Shown here: one piece after another, positions 24,560 to 37,345 of the stretch
Layout: each line of letters begins with the position of its first letter
Position numbering within the stretch: position 1 is the first letter of the stretch
Assembly: GCA_977017575.1 (NCBI GenBank)
Contig: CDRNVI010000030.1
Location: 248,001-312,000, forward strand
Direction of reading: 5' to 3'
Source: Paramoeba atlantica
Lineage: Eukaryota; Protista; Discosea
Length of the DNA: 64,000 bases
Notes under the pieces: generated by a model
What the model was told of the DNA's origin: nothing
The model's input: only the letters and a program-made list of their open reading frames with translations
The model's database searches: none
Made by a program: the position numbers and the translations under genes

Positions 24560-24908
24560 ATACGTATTCAGCGTCTTTTTTGCGTTCTCTAAGCATGATT
24601 TACATTTTTAAAAACATAAGAAAATATTTAAACGCAGAAAAAAATTCAAAAAAAATAATGTACACCCTCAAAAATTGTCTAGTCATTTTAGTAAAAAAAT
24701 ATCATTCCAATCATGAAAAGGACCGCGGATTCGAGACGATCGGAGCGAAAAACAGTCCCATGCCAAATATTTCCGAAATCGAACAAAATGCAAGACCTGT
24801 AGGGGTGGTTAAATGAAGCTGCCCAGGGGTATAGACTGGGTAGAATCATGAGGAAAAGAGCAAGAGAAAGACGACGTATTCAACTAAGAAAATAAGTAAA
24901 CAATTGTA

Positions 24909-25654
24909 CACCCATGGACAGAAGTGTGCCCCCGGCCTGGCAAATGCCATTTTTTTTTATTCGTTTCTTCTCATTTTTGCAGCATTCGAGCGATCTCGTT
25001 CCCCTAGCGAAGAGCTTTGCCGCGTTTTTTTTATAGGGACCCCCTGGTGCTCTGGTGTTGACCCCAAAGTAGACCAAAAACAAAAAATGTTACATTAGAC
25101 ATCTAGAAAAAAATCACCCTTTCAATGAGAAAATGAGAAAAAAGGAAGAAGTATCAATATCCGCAATGCTCCCCATTGGTCTGAATAACTATTTGCATAC
25201 GTTTAGGAACAGATTTGATGGAATTCAACACTTTCTATCTATGTGGGGCACGTTTTAGAGCGTTAAACGCCTTTTCTGTGGCCTTTGTCAGGGTTACATA
25301 GTTGTGTGGCTTAAAACTACAAAGTTGTGTGGATTTACGCTGTTTGACTATCTCTGTTCGCTCCGAAATCGACAAAACGATGTTTCGTTTATGATTTATA
25401 CGAGGCGGGGTCCTCATGAAGAAAAAACAGGGAGAAAAAAAGATAATATACTAGAGAAATTGACTGTGTTCCAAAAAAACGGGCAATAAAACCATATTTT
25501 TTGGAAACAGGGGGTACCAGGGGGTCCCTATGAAGCAAAGGCGGCAAAGCTCTTCGCTAGGGGAGCGAGATCTCTCGAATGCTGCAAAAATGAGAAAGAA
25601 TGGGTGAAAAACTTGTCATTTGCCAGGCCGGGGGCACACTTCTGTCCATGGGTG
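24909..25654. mobile_element. Tc1/mariner-type MITE (746 bp) with long TIRs and TA TSD
   Basis: TA|CACCCATGGACAGAAGTGTGCCCCCGGCCTGGCAAATG…CCATGGGTG|TA, with imperfect inverted arms of about 150 bp; related fragments near 3170 and 61090-61170. Confidence 0.85.
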
Positions 25655-25849
25655 TATATTGATTTTATGATGTCTTGGTAGATTTATTTTTTATAATTAA
25701 TTTTTTACATTTATCTTCTTTATTACATTTTTATATTTTGTTACATTGTTTACATTTATCAAAACAAATATGTAGAGCACAAGTTTCCACCACTGCATTG
25801 TTGTACAGTGGATTCTACGCGGTTAAAAATAAAAAGAATTCTTATGTTC

Positions 25850-26452
25850 CTGGCACTGTGATTGAAAAAAATATTTCTCCCGAGTCATTTCACAGCCCAG
25901 AATGCTTCCCACTTAAGGGGCCCGTTTCCGTATCCGAGTGATCTCCCCGGCAACACGTCTTTCGACGTGTGTCAAGAAGGCTGGGATACGGAACCAGGGT
26001 GTGCAAGTACGTGCTGTACCCGCACGTTTAATAAGCTCTTTTTTTTTGTTTTTTTTTACGGATTTCTTTTTTTTTAGCACTGATCACAAAGATCACGAAG
26101 GCCACAAACGGTGGGTCACAAAGATCCCAAACACGAGATAACAAATAATGGGTCATTAAGATTTCAAGTGAACCGATCACAAAGATAACAAACAAACAAA
26201 CAAACCAATCAGGTAATATACACATCCGATTACAAAGATCCCGTGCAATGAATCATAAGGACTTCATAGATACCAAACAAACGATCACAAATATCCTAAG
26301 TAAGGGGTCGAAGAGATCACAAAAAAAACAGATCACAAAGATCCCTATACAACCAATCCTCAACAACCGATCAAAAAGCTCCTGAACAATGGGTCACAAA
26401 AACCCGAAATAACGTATATCAAAGATCCCAAACAACGGGTCACAAAGATTCC
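25850..26452. repeat. Dispersed repeat with a GC hairpin head and a GATCACAAA-rich body; second copy at 63072-63692
   Basis: Two near-identical copies about 37 kb apart; many (G/R)ATCACAAA and AAAGATCCC motifs. Confidence 0.85.
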
Positions 26453-27654
26453 CAAATAACCGATTAAAACACAAGGATTTCGAATAACGGATCACAAACG
26501 TCACAAACAATCTGTCATAAGGCTGCGAACACCATAAAGATCTAAAATCCTGCATCTTAAAGCAAACTTCTAATATTTGCCTTGTTTTTTTTCTTTTTCT
26601 ATCAACGCGCCCCGCGTAATGCATTCAATAATGCGGCGTTGGCAATATATTTACAACCTATAACTTACTCGCTTACTCGTCTCCCATAGCGGGATGTAAT
26701 TTACCAATCCTTTTTTTTCTTTTTTGCAGAAGCGACCAGGGCGAGATATTGCTTCCCCTCACGGGACTTTACATCCTCTCGGGGAGGCCCCCCACACAAA
26801 TTTTTTCAAGCAGATCCAAATCATTCGTGAGTACTTCGCACCGGATCTTCCGACTTCTGTTCAGCCTGCTCCTTCTCGTGCCACGAGAGGCGCGAGAGCT
26901 GGGCATTTGCCTAGAGCGGCATGATCACGTTTTTTTTTTCTCGGCGATCACAGTGCCAGGCAAGCCAAGGCGTGTTTACTACGCCGAGATAATGGGGAGT
27001 TGCTGTGTCCCTGGGCAGCATACTGTCCAGGGATTAGCAACACCCTCATTATCACAGACTTCATAAGCACCTTGGAACCGGGACCAAGCCCAGTACGCCT
27101 GGCAAGCCATGGCACCGAATAGCTCTTCTTTTTTCTCCTTCTTTCTTCTTCTTATCCTTCAAAAGTGGGACCATATGATGCTCACATCGTTCGAAGATCA
27201 GTTTCGGACGTCATATCCCAAGTCACCTACCGTTCGTAAAGCACACTAACATCCCACTAAACAATCGTAGCAAATTTTTTTTCACAAAGACCACCGCTAC
27301 TAAAAGCTCTAAACTGCGGTACGTTTGACGGCGCGCTGGATCAAACAGCGAGGTGATCACATTTTGAAAAGTAGACTTCCTTATTTCTATGCCCCCTTTT
27401 CTTCACGTTTTCAAAAGTAACAATTCGAAACAAAAGCTTTTTTTTTCTCTCTGACAATCGTAGGAAATGTTCACACATTTCCAGAGCACCTTCATCCTAC
27501 AAACATCAGTCAAGCTATGGATGGTGCCACCAATCCTCCTCTTCTTCCTTCACCTTAAAAAGGTCTTGAAACAATACATTAAAAAAACAACATCAAATCG
27601 GATCTGAATCTCCGATACTCCGGTCGAAATCTCCTCATCGTGCCTCGGATCATA

Positions 27655-28290
27655 AAGGCCTCGGATCATAAAATCCGGAACGCGAAACAAGTCCAAAGGA
27701 CCCCACTACACCAATTGTAGCGGAAATGGAGCCATAAAAGGCCTCGGATCATAAAATCCGGAACGCGAAACAAGTCCAAAGGACCCGACTACACTAATTG
27801 TAGTGGAAATGGGGCCATAAAAGGCATCGGATCATAAAATCCGGAACACTAAACAAGTCCAAAGGACTCCACTACACCAATCGTAGTGGAAATGGAGCCA
27901 TAAAAGGCCTCGGATCATAAAATCCGGAACACTAAACAAGTCCAAAGGATCTCTCACTACACCAAGTGTAATGGAAACAGAGCCATAAGGGGCCTCGGAT
28001 CATAAAATCCGGAACGCGAAACAAGTCCAAAGGACCCCACTACACCAATTGTAGTGGAAATGGAGCCATAAAAGGCCTCGGATCATAAAATCCGGAACAC
28101 ATAACAAGTCCAAAGGACCCCACTACACCAACTTCTAGTGGAAACAGAGCCATAAGGGGCCTCGGATCATAAAATCCGGAATACTAAACAAGTCCAAAGG
28201 ACCTCTCACTACAACAAGTGTAGTGGAAACAGAGCCATAAGGGGCCTCGGATCATAAAATCCGGAACGCGAAGCAAGTCCCAAGGACCTC
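27655..28290. repeat. 83-85-bp tandem repeat, 8 copies
   Basis: TCGGATCATAAAATCCGG recurs at 27661, 27744, 27827, 27910, 27995, 28078, 28162 and 28247. Confidence 0.95.
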
Positions 28291-28737
28291 ACCACACGAC
28301 GGAACGGTTCACCGAGGAACGGCCTTTATACCAGGACCAAACCCAGTGACAGGCAAGCCCATTGGCACCGCAGATCAACTCCCTCCTCCCCTTCTTGTCA
28401 TCATTCTAGGTTTTGAAGCGTAAAACAAAACTCTAAGAGGTGTGTAATGTGTGGAGCATCTTTTATTAGATACGTCACACAGATGCGTAGCCGTAAAGGC
28501 ATTGCATTAGAAATCCGCGAAAAAAAAGCAGTGTAAAATGACCCGCCTACGCGAGTCGTATAAGGTGCGTCACACAGACAATTTCATTTTTTCTATCCAC
28601 TTCTTTTTCTTTACTTCCAGCACACTGGAAAACAACACAAACAGCAGTGGTACTGTGTGATGATCAGCAATCTTTGCTTACAATAATCATTAAATTTACG
28701 ACTCCAAGAAATCTACCCTTAATGATCATTCGTAGTG

Positions 28738-29315
28738 ATGTGCCAACCGTCAGTCCCGAAGGACCTCGAGGTGAAGTGCCAACCGTCAGTCCCGAAGGAC
28801 CTCGAGGTGAAGTGCCAACCGTCAGTCCCGAAGGACCTCGAGGCAAAGTATAACCACCAACCGTCAGTTCCGAAGAACCTCGAGGTGAAGTGCCAACCGT
28901 CAGTCCCGAAGGACCTCGAGGCAAAGTAAAACCACCAACCGTCAGTTCCGAAGAACCTCGAAGTGAAGTGCCAACCGTCAGTCCCGAAAGACCTCGAGGC
29001 AAAGTATTACCACCATCCGTCAGTTCCGAAGAACCTCTAGGTGAAGTGCCAACCGTCAGTCCCGAAAGACCTCGAGGCAAAGTAAAACCACCAACCGTCA
29101 GTTCCGAAGAACCTCGAGGTGAAGTGCCAACCGTCAGTCCCGAAGGACTTCGAGGCAAAGTATTACCACCAACCGTCAGTTCCGAAGAACCTCGAGGTGA
29201 AGTGCCAACCGTCAGTCCCGAAGGACCTCGAGGCAAAGTATTACCACCAACCGTCAGTTCCGAAGAACCTCGAGGTGAAGTGCCAACCGTCAGTCCCGAA
29301 GGACCTCGAGGCAAA
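28738..29315. repeat. Minisatellite of 36-bp units changing to a 36+42-bp (78-bp) higher-order repeat
   Basis: GTGCCAACCGTCAGTCCCGAAGGACCTCGAGGTGAA alternates with a 42-bp variant; the minus-strand frame is open across the array (28664-29422). Confidence 0.95.
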
Positions 29316-29804
29316 TAATAATAATAATCGTGGTAGTCAGAAAGGTCCTCGGGGTAGTGCATTTTGGCGCGGAACGGTATGTTTTCCCCGATCAGGGCTA
29401 AAACGAACCGGAATAAAATCACGAATGTGGGGCCAGGCTCGGTCCCACATGGAATGTCAACATGTAAATAAAATATGTATATCCTATCTTTGGATCGGAA
29501 CCAATGATTATATAGTGTGTATGTTCAACAAACCTGTATGTTCAACAAACGAAGAGATGAATAGATATTAAAAAATCGTACTTTATCGTACAATGACATT
29601 CTTCACCCTCACACTTCGTCTTGTTAAGAAGACGACGCCGGGCTTGGGACCGGTGACAAGCGTGTTTATGAAGTCTGTGATAATGTACCTTATCGTTAAA
29701 CGCGGCGGTAGTTTTCAACGAGCGCACTGCATCCACACTAAAATAGAAAATTGAAAATATCTATTTCCAGTTCTATGCTTCATAATCTTATGTATTTTTG
29801 TTTC

Positions 29805-30653
29805 TTAACTTGGATATACAGTATGATGTTTGTTCGTCGGATGTATCTTTGTACCGTGAATCTCCAGCGTCTCGAACTTCTCAGGAAGAATTGATTCGTT
29901 AATTTCACCCTCAAGATCCGCATTATCGACTACAGACAAGTTCTTCATTGACCTAGGCAAATGATCGAAAGAAGCGACACCTGAGAAACAATTATTGCTG
30001 CAGTCCAGCACTTCCATAGACTGCGGTAAAGTATTCAGCGCAAGGCATCCGGCAAATGAATTTCCTTGCAAATGGACGGTCCTAATTCTGCTGGGTAAAT
30101 GAGAAAGATCAACAGTCCCAGACATCCGATTCCTGTCGAGCTTCAACCGTAGCATGCTCGGGGGTAAATGTCCCAGATCTACCTTTCCTTCAAATAAATT
30201 GTCAGCCAGCGTCAGTATTTTCAATGTTTGCGGCAAATTCGTTAAATTTATATGCCCGGAAAACTTGTTGCTTCCAACATTCAGAAGCAGAAGTCCAGGG
30301 GGCAATTCATCTAGCGCCACCTGGCCATGCAATTTGTGTTTCGAAAAGTGACATGACAACAAGGATCGCGGGAGCCGAGTGAAATCAAGTGACCCTGTAA
30401 GATCCAGGTCATTAATAAACAGACTCGAAACGGATTCGCCATCCTCGCAAAGGACACCGTACCACAGGCACGCTGACTTTGAAGTATTCCATGTGGAGTG
30501 AGGCTTATCAATATCTTTTAGAAGTTCCGCAAGTTCATATTCCTGTGGTACATTTACTCCTCTTCGAGCCCTTCCCAGGCGTGAATGTGTGTCACTGGCT
30601 GGCATGCCGGATGCGTAGTGTAGCACGCAGAGTTGGTTGTACATCATAAGCAT
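29805..30653 (-). CDS. LRR protein, subfamily A
   Basis: Intact 282-aa ORF with SRLGRAR…VPQEYELAEL…WNTSKSACLWYGVLC and about 7 repeats. Confidence 0.9.
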   Translation of the reverse strand: MLMMYNQLCVLHYASGMPASDTHSRLGRARRGVNVPQEYELAELLKDIDKPHSTWNTSKSACLWYGVLCEDGESVSSLFINDLDLTGSLDFTRLPRSLLSCHFSKHKLHGQVALDELPPGLLLLNVGSNKFSGHINLTNLPQTLKILTLADNLFEGKVDLGHLPPSMLRLKLDRNRMSGTVDLSHLPSRIRTVHLQGNSFAGCLALNTLPQSMEVLDCSNNCFSGVASFDHLPRSMKNLSVVDNADLEGEINESILPEKFETLEIHGTKIHPTNKHHTVYPS

Positions 30654-31759
30654 TGACAGTATATATTTCTCTAGTAGAAAACTCTAGATAACACTATAGC
30701 GAGACATCAAATAGGAATTTACAGTGTTCGGATACTGGATGTAGTATAAGAAAAAATTCTGTTGGGTGAAATGAACCAAAAAATAAGAGTTTTCTACTAT
30801 TATTTTTGGCTAATTTTCTTTTACCAGTAGAATTGCGTATATTTTTGTCGCTTCGTTAAACGCGGTGGTTGTTTTCATCTCAGAAGTCACTCATGCTGCG
30901 CGCTTCGCGTTGAAAACTACCTCCGCGTTTAAGGAAGCGACCAAAAAAGAAAAATTGGCTGAGCAGTGGTGCGTTCTAAGCTGTAAAGTACCACTGACTT
31001 CAGGCGCTACCTCCGTAAAACCTGATAAACGTAAACAATTAACGATAATGCAAAAACTGACATTGTGTGGATCAGGTGATTCCATCAAATACCTCGCGAA
31101 AACTTATTGGGTGTCATGCAAGACGATTCCTTCCGTTAAGGAAATGGGTAAAAAAACGTTTCAAAAAACGCTGAATCATGGGGGAAGAAAAAGAAAGCGA
31201 TTATGAGGCTTCAATAGTCAAGATGCGATGAAGCGAGTTCACGATAAACTAACAAGTCTTCTTCACGGTCATAGTGCTCTTACAAAGAGCGCGTAGTAAG
31301 TTTGATGCAGGGGCATGGTGCAAGGTAAAGAGGGAAGGCGAGGGAAAGGGCATATAAACATGTTCGTCTCATGTACGGGTGGCGGTGGCGTACATTCGGA
31401 AGAGTGCAAAGTTTGGCGCCTGCTGATGTTGAGAAATGTATTAAGCAGTGGCATGTTGATCTTTATATACATTGAATATATATTTATTCTTTATGAAAAT
31501 GACGTGGGGCATTACCGCTTTATATGGTGAAACTGAACCAAATTCCGCATTTTTTCTCATTTTCACAAAACTATTTTTCTCTCTCAAAGACGTGTCTTCG
31601 TTTGATATCCATTTCACAGAATTGTTGTTGCTTCATAAAACAATGAAGCAAATACCTTGCCAATTTACCATTTACAGAACCATTTATCACATATTTGAAG
31701 GATCTTGTCATCTATATCATGCCGTGCTCGGGATGCGTTGGGTTTGCTTTTAGGCGCAA

Positions 31760-32678
31760 TCTAACGATTAGAAGAATATCGTCGTGGAGTGAATCACAGT
31801 GCTCCGAATGGCTTAAAGGTCATGCCTTGGTAGCACAAAAAGTAGTTTGCTACAAAAGCCTTCACGCAGCTCCCCGTAACTTGGACCTAGTGGGAAGAAC
31901 GTGGTTGTGCACAAAGCACTGCACAAGAAGGTACAGGTCTATGGGGCCCTTGTTGCCGGGTAGAAGCCAACGAAGCGCGAAGCAGCCCCTGATTTACATT
32001 GTGTTGTACGCCCGGGGTGGCCGCCATGCATTATCAGTAGAAGAGACAGAGCTGAGCGAGCGAACCGTTATTAAATTGCGCCAGTGGCTGGACTCCATTA
32101 TGGCTCCAGCTACAGCTCATGTGCGTCGACGAATTAGACTGCGCTCGCGAGTAAACTCTATGCAATGCGACGAGACTTTTTTTCTGTCCGAAAGAGGGGC
32201 GGATGTCATCGCGTAAGGCGGGTTCGCCAAGCTGGGAGCCAAACAGTGCAGACAATAGCGGTTACAACTAGAGATAATAAATTATCTGAGATCCTCATGG
32301 AACCCGTGCAGAATCGTACGGCCGATACCCTCATCCCGAATATCACCGAATTGGCTTCAGGAAGTCGTACCAAAAGAAGAAGACTTCTGTCTTCTTCTTC
32401 TTCTTCGAGGCAAGTATAAGTGGGAGAGTGTGAACCACAAACGACAGTGGGTTACAACTCAAGGGGTTCACACGAACACTGTGGAATGCGCTAATTCCAT
32501 GGTTAAGAAGCGTTTAAAGCGTGAAGGCAACGTTCTAAGTCACAAATCTGGAAACAGGGGGGACAGAATCCAAGCATTCGCAGAGATTTGTACAGGAAGC
32601 TTGAAGCGAAATGGGGGCGATGTATTGCTCCAATTATTGCAAAATATGAAAGAGTATTGTATTTGCGTCCATTTGTAA
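31760..32678 (+). mobile_element. Merlin (IS1595/ISXO2-like) transposase, degenerate
   Basis: MQCDETFF, V+NRTADTLIPNI and VNH…GVHTNTVE motifs with an upstream Cys-containing region; frameshifts; the second catalytic motif region is missing. Confidence 0.8.
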
Positions 32679-32912
32679 GAAGTTGTAAGCAGGTTGAAAG
32701 GCTCAAAGTTGATGAAGTATGAAGAATTTTTAGAAAAACAGAAAAAGTGCGGAATTTGGTTCAGTTAACCCTTTATATTTTTCGGAGATAAAACTAGTCT
32801 CCCTATAGATGGAGTGCCGCATGGAAAAACGCTTGCCCCCGTCAGCAGTCCTTTGGTAAATATTTTATCCACGAATGATAAAGAACATGTGACTGTGTTT
32901 TTAGCTGAAGTA

Positions 32913-33652
32913 CAGGGGTGTAAATTTGGATGTGGGGGGGGGTCTAAAATTTATAAAAATTGGCCAATTTCGGAAAATAATAGCGCATTCGAGAGCTCTC
33001 GAACAGGACTCATGAACGTAACATGACCGAACTAGGCACAAGGGGGTATTACCCCCTAGACAAAGAACCCCCAAATGCTATTTGCAACTTTCTAAAGCAA
33101 TAGCAAATATCAAAAAAAAATTATTAATTGCCATTATCGTCGTTTTATCTCAATTACAATACGGCATCGCTTTCGAAAGCTCTGCATGGCATTTTCAGGG
33201 GCCTTGAAACGCTGCTTCGATCGCAATGATCAAATCTGCGCGATTCCGAGGGGCTCAACCATTTTTGAAGTCGCCCACTATGGAAAATACATTTTTAGAG
33301 CGAAAAAGATTGTGTTGTTTCGTAATCGGCAACAAGAACCATGCACCAGCTTGCTTTTACGTGCCCAGGCGAAGAATAAGCCCTTTCGTAGTCTTTGTAT
33401 TCGGGCGATCGCCCACAACCCCGTCTTTGTTGCATGAATCAGGGGAGAAATCAGAAAACCCGTGAAAAATGCAAGATTTTGTCTTCCAAAAAAATGAGTT
33501 TTTTTATGCGCACTTGAAAATCTAATTAACGCAGACGCCGTACATGCACGTTCATGAGCCCTGTTCGAGGGCTCTCGAATGCGCTATTATTTTCCAAAAT
33601 TGGCCAAGTTTTACAAATTTTAGACCCCCCCCACATCCAAATTTACACCCCT
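32913..33652. mobile_element. MITE with inverted arms of about 105 bp (AGGGGTGTAAATTTGG…); related fragment at about 52665-52725
   Basis: 32913-33019 is the reverse complement of 33548-33652. Confidence 0.75.
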
Positions 33653-33795
33653 TTATTAGATCTACTCACGCAGAACGTACGTCGCCTTCCGCCAAATGTC
33701 ATTTTTGGAATCTAGCGCCGGATGTCATTTTGTCAAGTCTAGCGCGCACAACGCAGAAAGATCCCTGATCCTGAGAAACGTGACTCGGATCACAA

Positions 33796-34035
33796 GTGGT
33801 ATGGGGGATTCATAATTGCCCGAGTATCCAAAAAAAGGTGGATGAATATGACTATGTTTTCCCCACCGCTTTTAGCGGCCTTCTAAAGGTTTGCTTTGCA
33901 CAAGTTAACGATTCTCACCTGCCCATTACAATCATTGTCGACGATTTTGCGGCTCACCGCGCGTCTGATTTGCCAAACAATTATGACATGCACTGTATTC
34001 CAGGGCAAGTGTACTTAATAAGTACAATCGTATAA
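33796..34035 (+). mobile_element. pogo-type DDE transposase fragment
   Basis: ITIIVDDFAAH…MHCIP resembles the DDE_1 second-Asp motif. Confidence 0.45.
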
Positions 34036-34117
34036 GTCTTATACAATCCAGGTGCGTGATCGAATTCTTGTAAACCTCTTCAAAAAGGCATGCCATCGAC
34101 TTGGCTATTCGGAACAT

Positions 34118-34390
34118 TAGATCACACAACATTTTCATCTTCGTTACATTCAACACCTTTCCACTCACAGGCTGGTGTTTCAGTACTCCAAGATTTGTGC
34201 AAGTTGTTAGCGTCTGCTAACAGCCGTGCTAACTGGTATTCTTGAGGTAAATTCGTAACACTGACCTTCGAGGTATTCATTCTCACACGTGTTGTCGCGG
34301 CTTTCAATGCCTATCCTTCTTCATCCTCCTTGCGACATTTAACGGATGTTGCTGAAGCGTCCAAGCATAAATAACGAGAGATCATTTGAT
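34118..34390 (-). pseudogene. Truncated LRR subfamily A gene (paralog of 48131-48606)
   Basis: VKCRKED…NTSKVSVTNLPQEYQLARLL…WSTETPACEWKGVEC, then truncated; frameshift near 34310. Confidence 0.8.
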
Positions 34391-34774
34391 AAGAAAAAAT
34401 TGGTCAATAAAAATATCTTGTTTTACAGCCAACACATTTGGCTGCAAATACATTTGTGTAGCAAAAACAGGAGACTTATTATTTGTGAAATGCGTATCGT
34501 ACAACATTTTGAAAACGAAATTATTGTGTTCAAAATTTTATTTTCCTTTCGCAAAATTGTGAAGAACAATTCCGTTGATTATTACCGTCGATCGCCCAGT
34601 ATTAGGAGATTCTCCCTTGGGCAGGGAGACACGATTTCTCTTTAGTGGGAATCAAATGATTGGGGGACTACAACCCCTGTGCCTTACTCTTCATCCCTCT
34701 ATGACGCTCGTCACGACGTAGCAAAACTCTTTTCCTTTGCTTCAACAATTCGAAATAGCAAAAAATCCAAAATT

Positions 34775-35653
34775 TCATTCCTGCGAATCCGTCCCCATTG
34801 CTTTCTTTTTCACGAGACGGATTTGGGTATGACTAATACCCAAACCGACACGGATGCTTAATGTGGCCGGAAGCTCTGATTTACGTGCAACACCTTTCAG
34901 CAGTGGATTGTGGAACAGATGCAAGCTCTTCAAGGCCGGGGGGAGTTTCGACAAGTCCACTTTCCCCGAAAACGAGTTTCTCGATAAATCAAGAGATTTC
35001 AGGCTGGCAGGAAGTTCCCCCAAATCCAGTTTCCCTGAAAACTCATTCTCCGAGACATCCAACGTTTCCATGTTACCCGGAAGCGACATGCCCTCAAATG
35101 ACCCCGTAAAACCATTCTGCGAAAGATCCAACTCCAGCACGCTTACGGGAAGCTCCGACCACCCCACGCTCCCCACAAACCCGTTCCCTTGTAAATACAA
35201 ATACTTCATCCCCTGCGGCAGCGCTCCCCATTCCACCTCCCCCGCAAACGCATTATGCGACAGTCGGAGCGTTTCCAATTTCATCGGTAACGCGTTAAAC
35301 GGGACGGGACCGCATAGCTCATTATTTTGAAGCTCAAGCGCCTCGAGGGTAGGGGGCAGATGGGTGAAATCGGGCTCTCCCGCGAGCTCGTACTCGTCGT
35401 TCCAGTTGATAGCGATCACCTCCCCCTGCGCGTTACACCCGACCCCCTCCCAATCACACGCGGGGATCTCGAGTGCCCAGGAGGGGTCGAGACCCTCGAG
35501 GTTCGCGATGAGTCGTGTGAGGGCGAATTCCACGGGTAACGTTGTGGGGGTGAGTTTGGAGGGAACGGGTTTGGGGGCCGCGGTGGGGGGAGAGGTATCG
35601 AGTTTGCGACGTTTAGCGGCGGGTGGATCCAGAGAGAGGGAAGAGAGGAACAT
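34775..35653 (-). CDS. LRR protein, subfamily A, with PAAKRRK motif (likely start MFLSSLSLD at 35653)
   Basis: Intact ORF with about 8 repeats. The upstream F/L/S-rich extension translates a pyrimidine tract that is conserved at about 13450 and 36230. Confidence 0.9.
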   Translation of the reverse strand: MFLSSLSLDPPAAKRRKLDTSPPTAAPKPVPSKLTPTTLPVEFALTRLIANLEGLDPSWALEIPACDWEGVGCNAQGEVIAINWNDEYELAGEPDFTHLPPTLEALELQNNELCGPVPFNALPMKLETLRLSHNAFAGEVEWGALPQGMKYLYLQGNGFVGSVGWSELPVSVLELDLSQNGFTGSFEGMSLPGNMETLDVSENEFSGKLDLGELPASLKSLDLSRNSFSGKVDLSKLPPALKSLHLFHNPLLKGVARKSELPATLSIRVGLGISHTQIRLVKKKAMGTDSQE

Positions 35654-35699
35654 CGGAATACGGGAGGATAAAGAGGGTGGTGTGGGAGCTATAAGTCCG

Positions 35700-35830
35700 T
35701 GAATTGAAGGGGGTTGTATAAGTACCGCTCTGCTCTCGATTATTGAAAAAAAGTGAACAAAAAAAGAGAAAAAATGAAGGAGTGAAATTAGAAAGAGTGA
35801 AAATATGAAGGGGTGTAAATATACACAGTA
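35700..35830 (-). promoter_or_regulatory. Probable trans-splicing polypyrimidine tract with AG acceptors; similar tracts at about 13430-13510 and 36200-36260
   Basis: Conserved T/C-rich tract followed by aatcgagagcagagcgg upstream of LRR starts; inferred from kinetoplastid mRNA processing. Confidence 0.5.
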
Positions 35831-36054
35831 ATATACGCGGATGCTCAACTCTAGTGTACCACTTCATTGTCAAGTCCAGCACACCACTTTTTGTAAGCCT
35901 GTGACAGTAATTCGACATTAGCATGTACAGAAAAATATTAAGATCTACAGATTTTTTTTTAAAAAGGTTGAATATTACCATATATTTCTTTTTTCTTGTT
36001 TACTGGAATTTTATTTTGTAGTCGACTACTATTAAAGTTGTGGGGGTTTTGGGG

Positions 36055-36140
36055 CTTCAGTGGAGGAAGAACTGTCGAGTTTGCGACGTTTAGGAGCGGG
36101 TGGGGGAACGTGCAAAAAGAAAAAGAGAGGAGCATGACAA
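36055..36140 (-). pseudogene. N-terminal remnant of an LRR subfamily A gene (PPPAPKRRKLDSSS)
   Basis: Nucleotide similarity to 35560-35760 including the upstream tract; body absent. Confidence 0.65.
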
Positions 36141-37345
36141 GAAGGGAGGATAAAGAGGATGGTGTGGGAGTTATAAGTCAGTGAATTGAAGGGGGTTGTA
36201 TAAGTACCGCTGTGCTCTGGACTATTGAAAAAAAGTGAACAAAAAGAGTGAAAGCATAAACAGGAATATGCGGATGCTCAACTCCAGCGCATCACTTTTC
36301 GTAAGCCTGTGACAGTAATTCAACATTGGCATGTATAGAAGAAGACTTGAACACAAAGTATATAAATGAATATAAATGAATTTATGTATTACTGGAAGGG
36401 CGTGATGAGATTTTCACCAATACATGTGTCTTTCAACAGAAGAAAACAAATGAATGACTGCCCAATTCTATCTGTGGAGGTAGCGAATGATCTTTTTCAG
36501 AGCGGTGAACATTATTTCACATAATTGAAGAAGAGTGGAATAATTACCGTTCCCCACTATTTAGTGTTTAGTAGAAATTGGCAAAATTAAACACTAAGTA
36601 GGGGAGAGGAAAGAACAACGAAAAATATGCTCGTTGATGGCGGAACTACAAAGAACGTATTTTCTGTTCTTTGTAAATGGAATCAAGGAATTGATTTCTT
36701 TGTTTACAGAGATTTTTTTCCTTAACGGTTTTCTATCTAACGGGCCAGAAAGAGGTACATCGACATACAAGAAACACAAAGAGGGGTGTATCGAGAAAAC
36801 GATTTTTTTCCACTATTATTTCAAATGGGTAGATTAAATTAGACGAAATAGGATATTACAATAAAACAAATCGGCGCAAACTCTACGAAGCTTTGAAGTT
36901 GAACACTAAGTAGGGGGGGCACGGTACTAAATAATAAATAGGGGGGACGGTACGTAGAACACCGCAGCCTATTTTTTGAACTTTCTACGTTAATTTCTAC
37001 GGAAGAAAAAAGTATTAAAGGGGGCTCCGGTGGTCCAAAATTCAAAAAAAAAATGGGGCGGGTAATGGGGGGGTCCAGGGGGGGAAGCTTGCAAAGCGGG
37101 GCAAGTATAAAAAGAACATTCAGCGAGGGCAAGCAAAATTATTGAACTATGATTCAATAATATAAAGAAATGGCTGGAGATCTAAGCGAAGTAGTGGATA
37201 AAGTACTACTATAAAGTACTACTATAAAGTATATTTCGGAAAGAGATGAAAAAAATAACTACAATAAAATATACCGAGACATGTACTTAAGACAAAAATG
37301 CGAAATAATAAGCTCAAAAGTTCAATGGATGATCGATTTGAGGAA

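Noticed and set aside
35654-35848. Hydrophobic N-terminal signal or transmembrane segment on subfamily A LRRs (also 1026-2003 and 8709-9539)
   Set aside because: These F/L/S-rich extensions are translations of upstream polypyrimidine tracts and are not kept in frame between paralogs.
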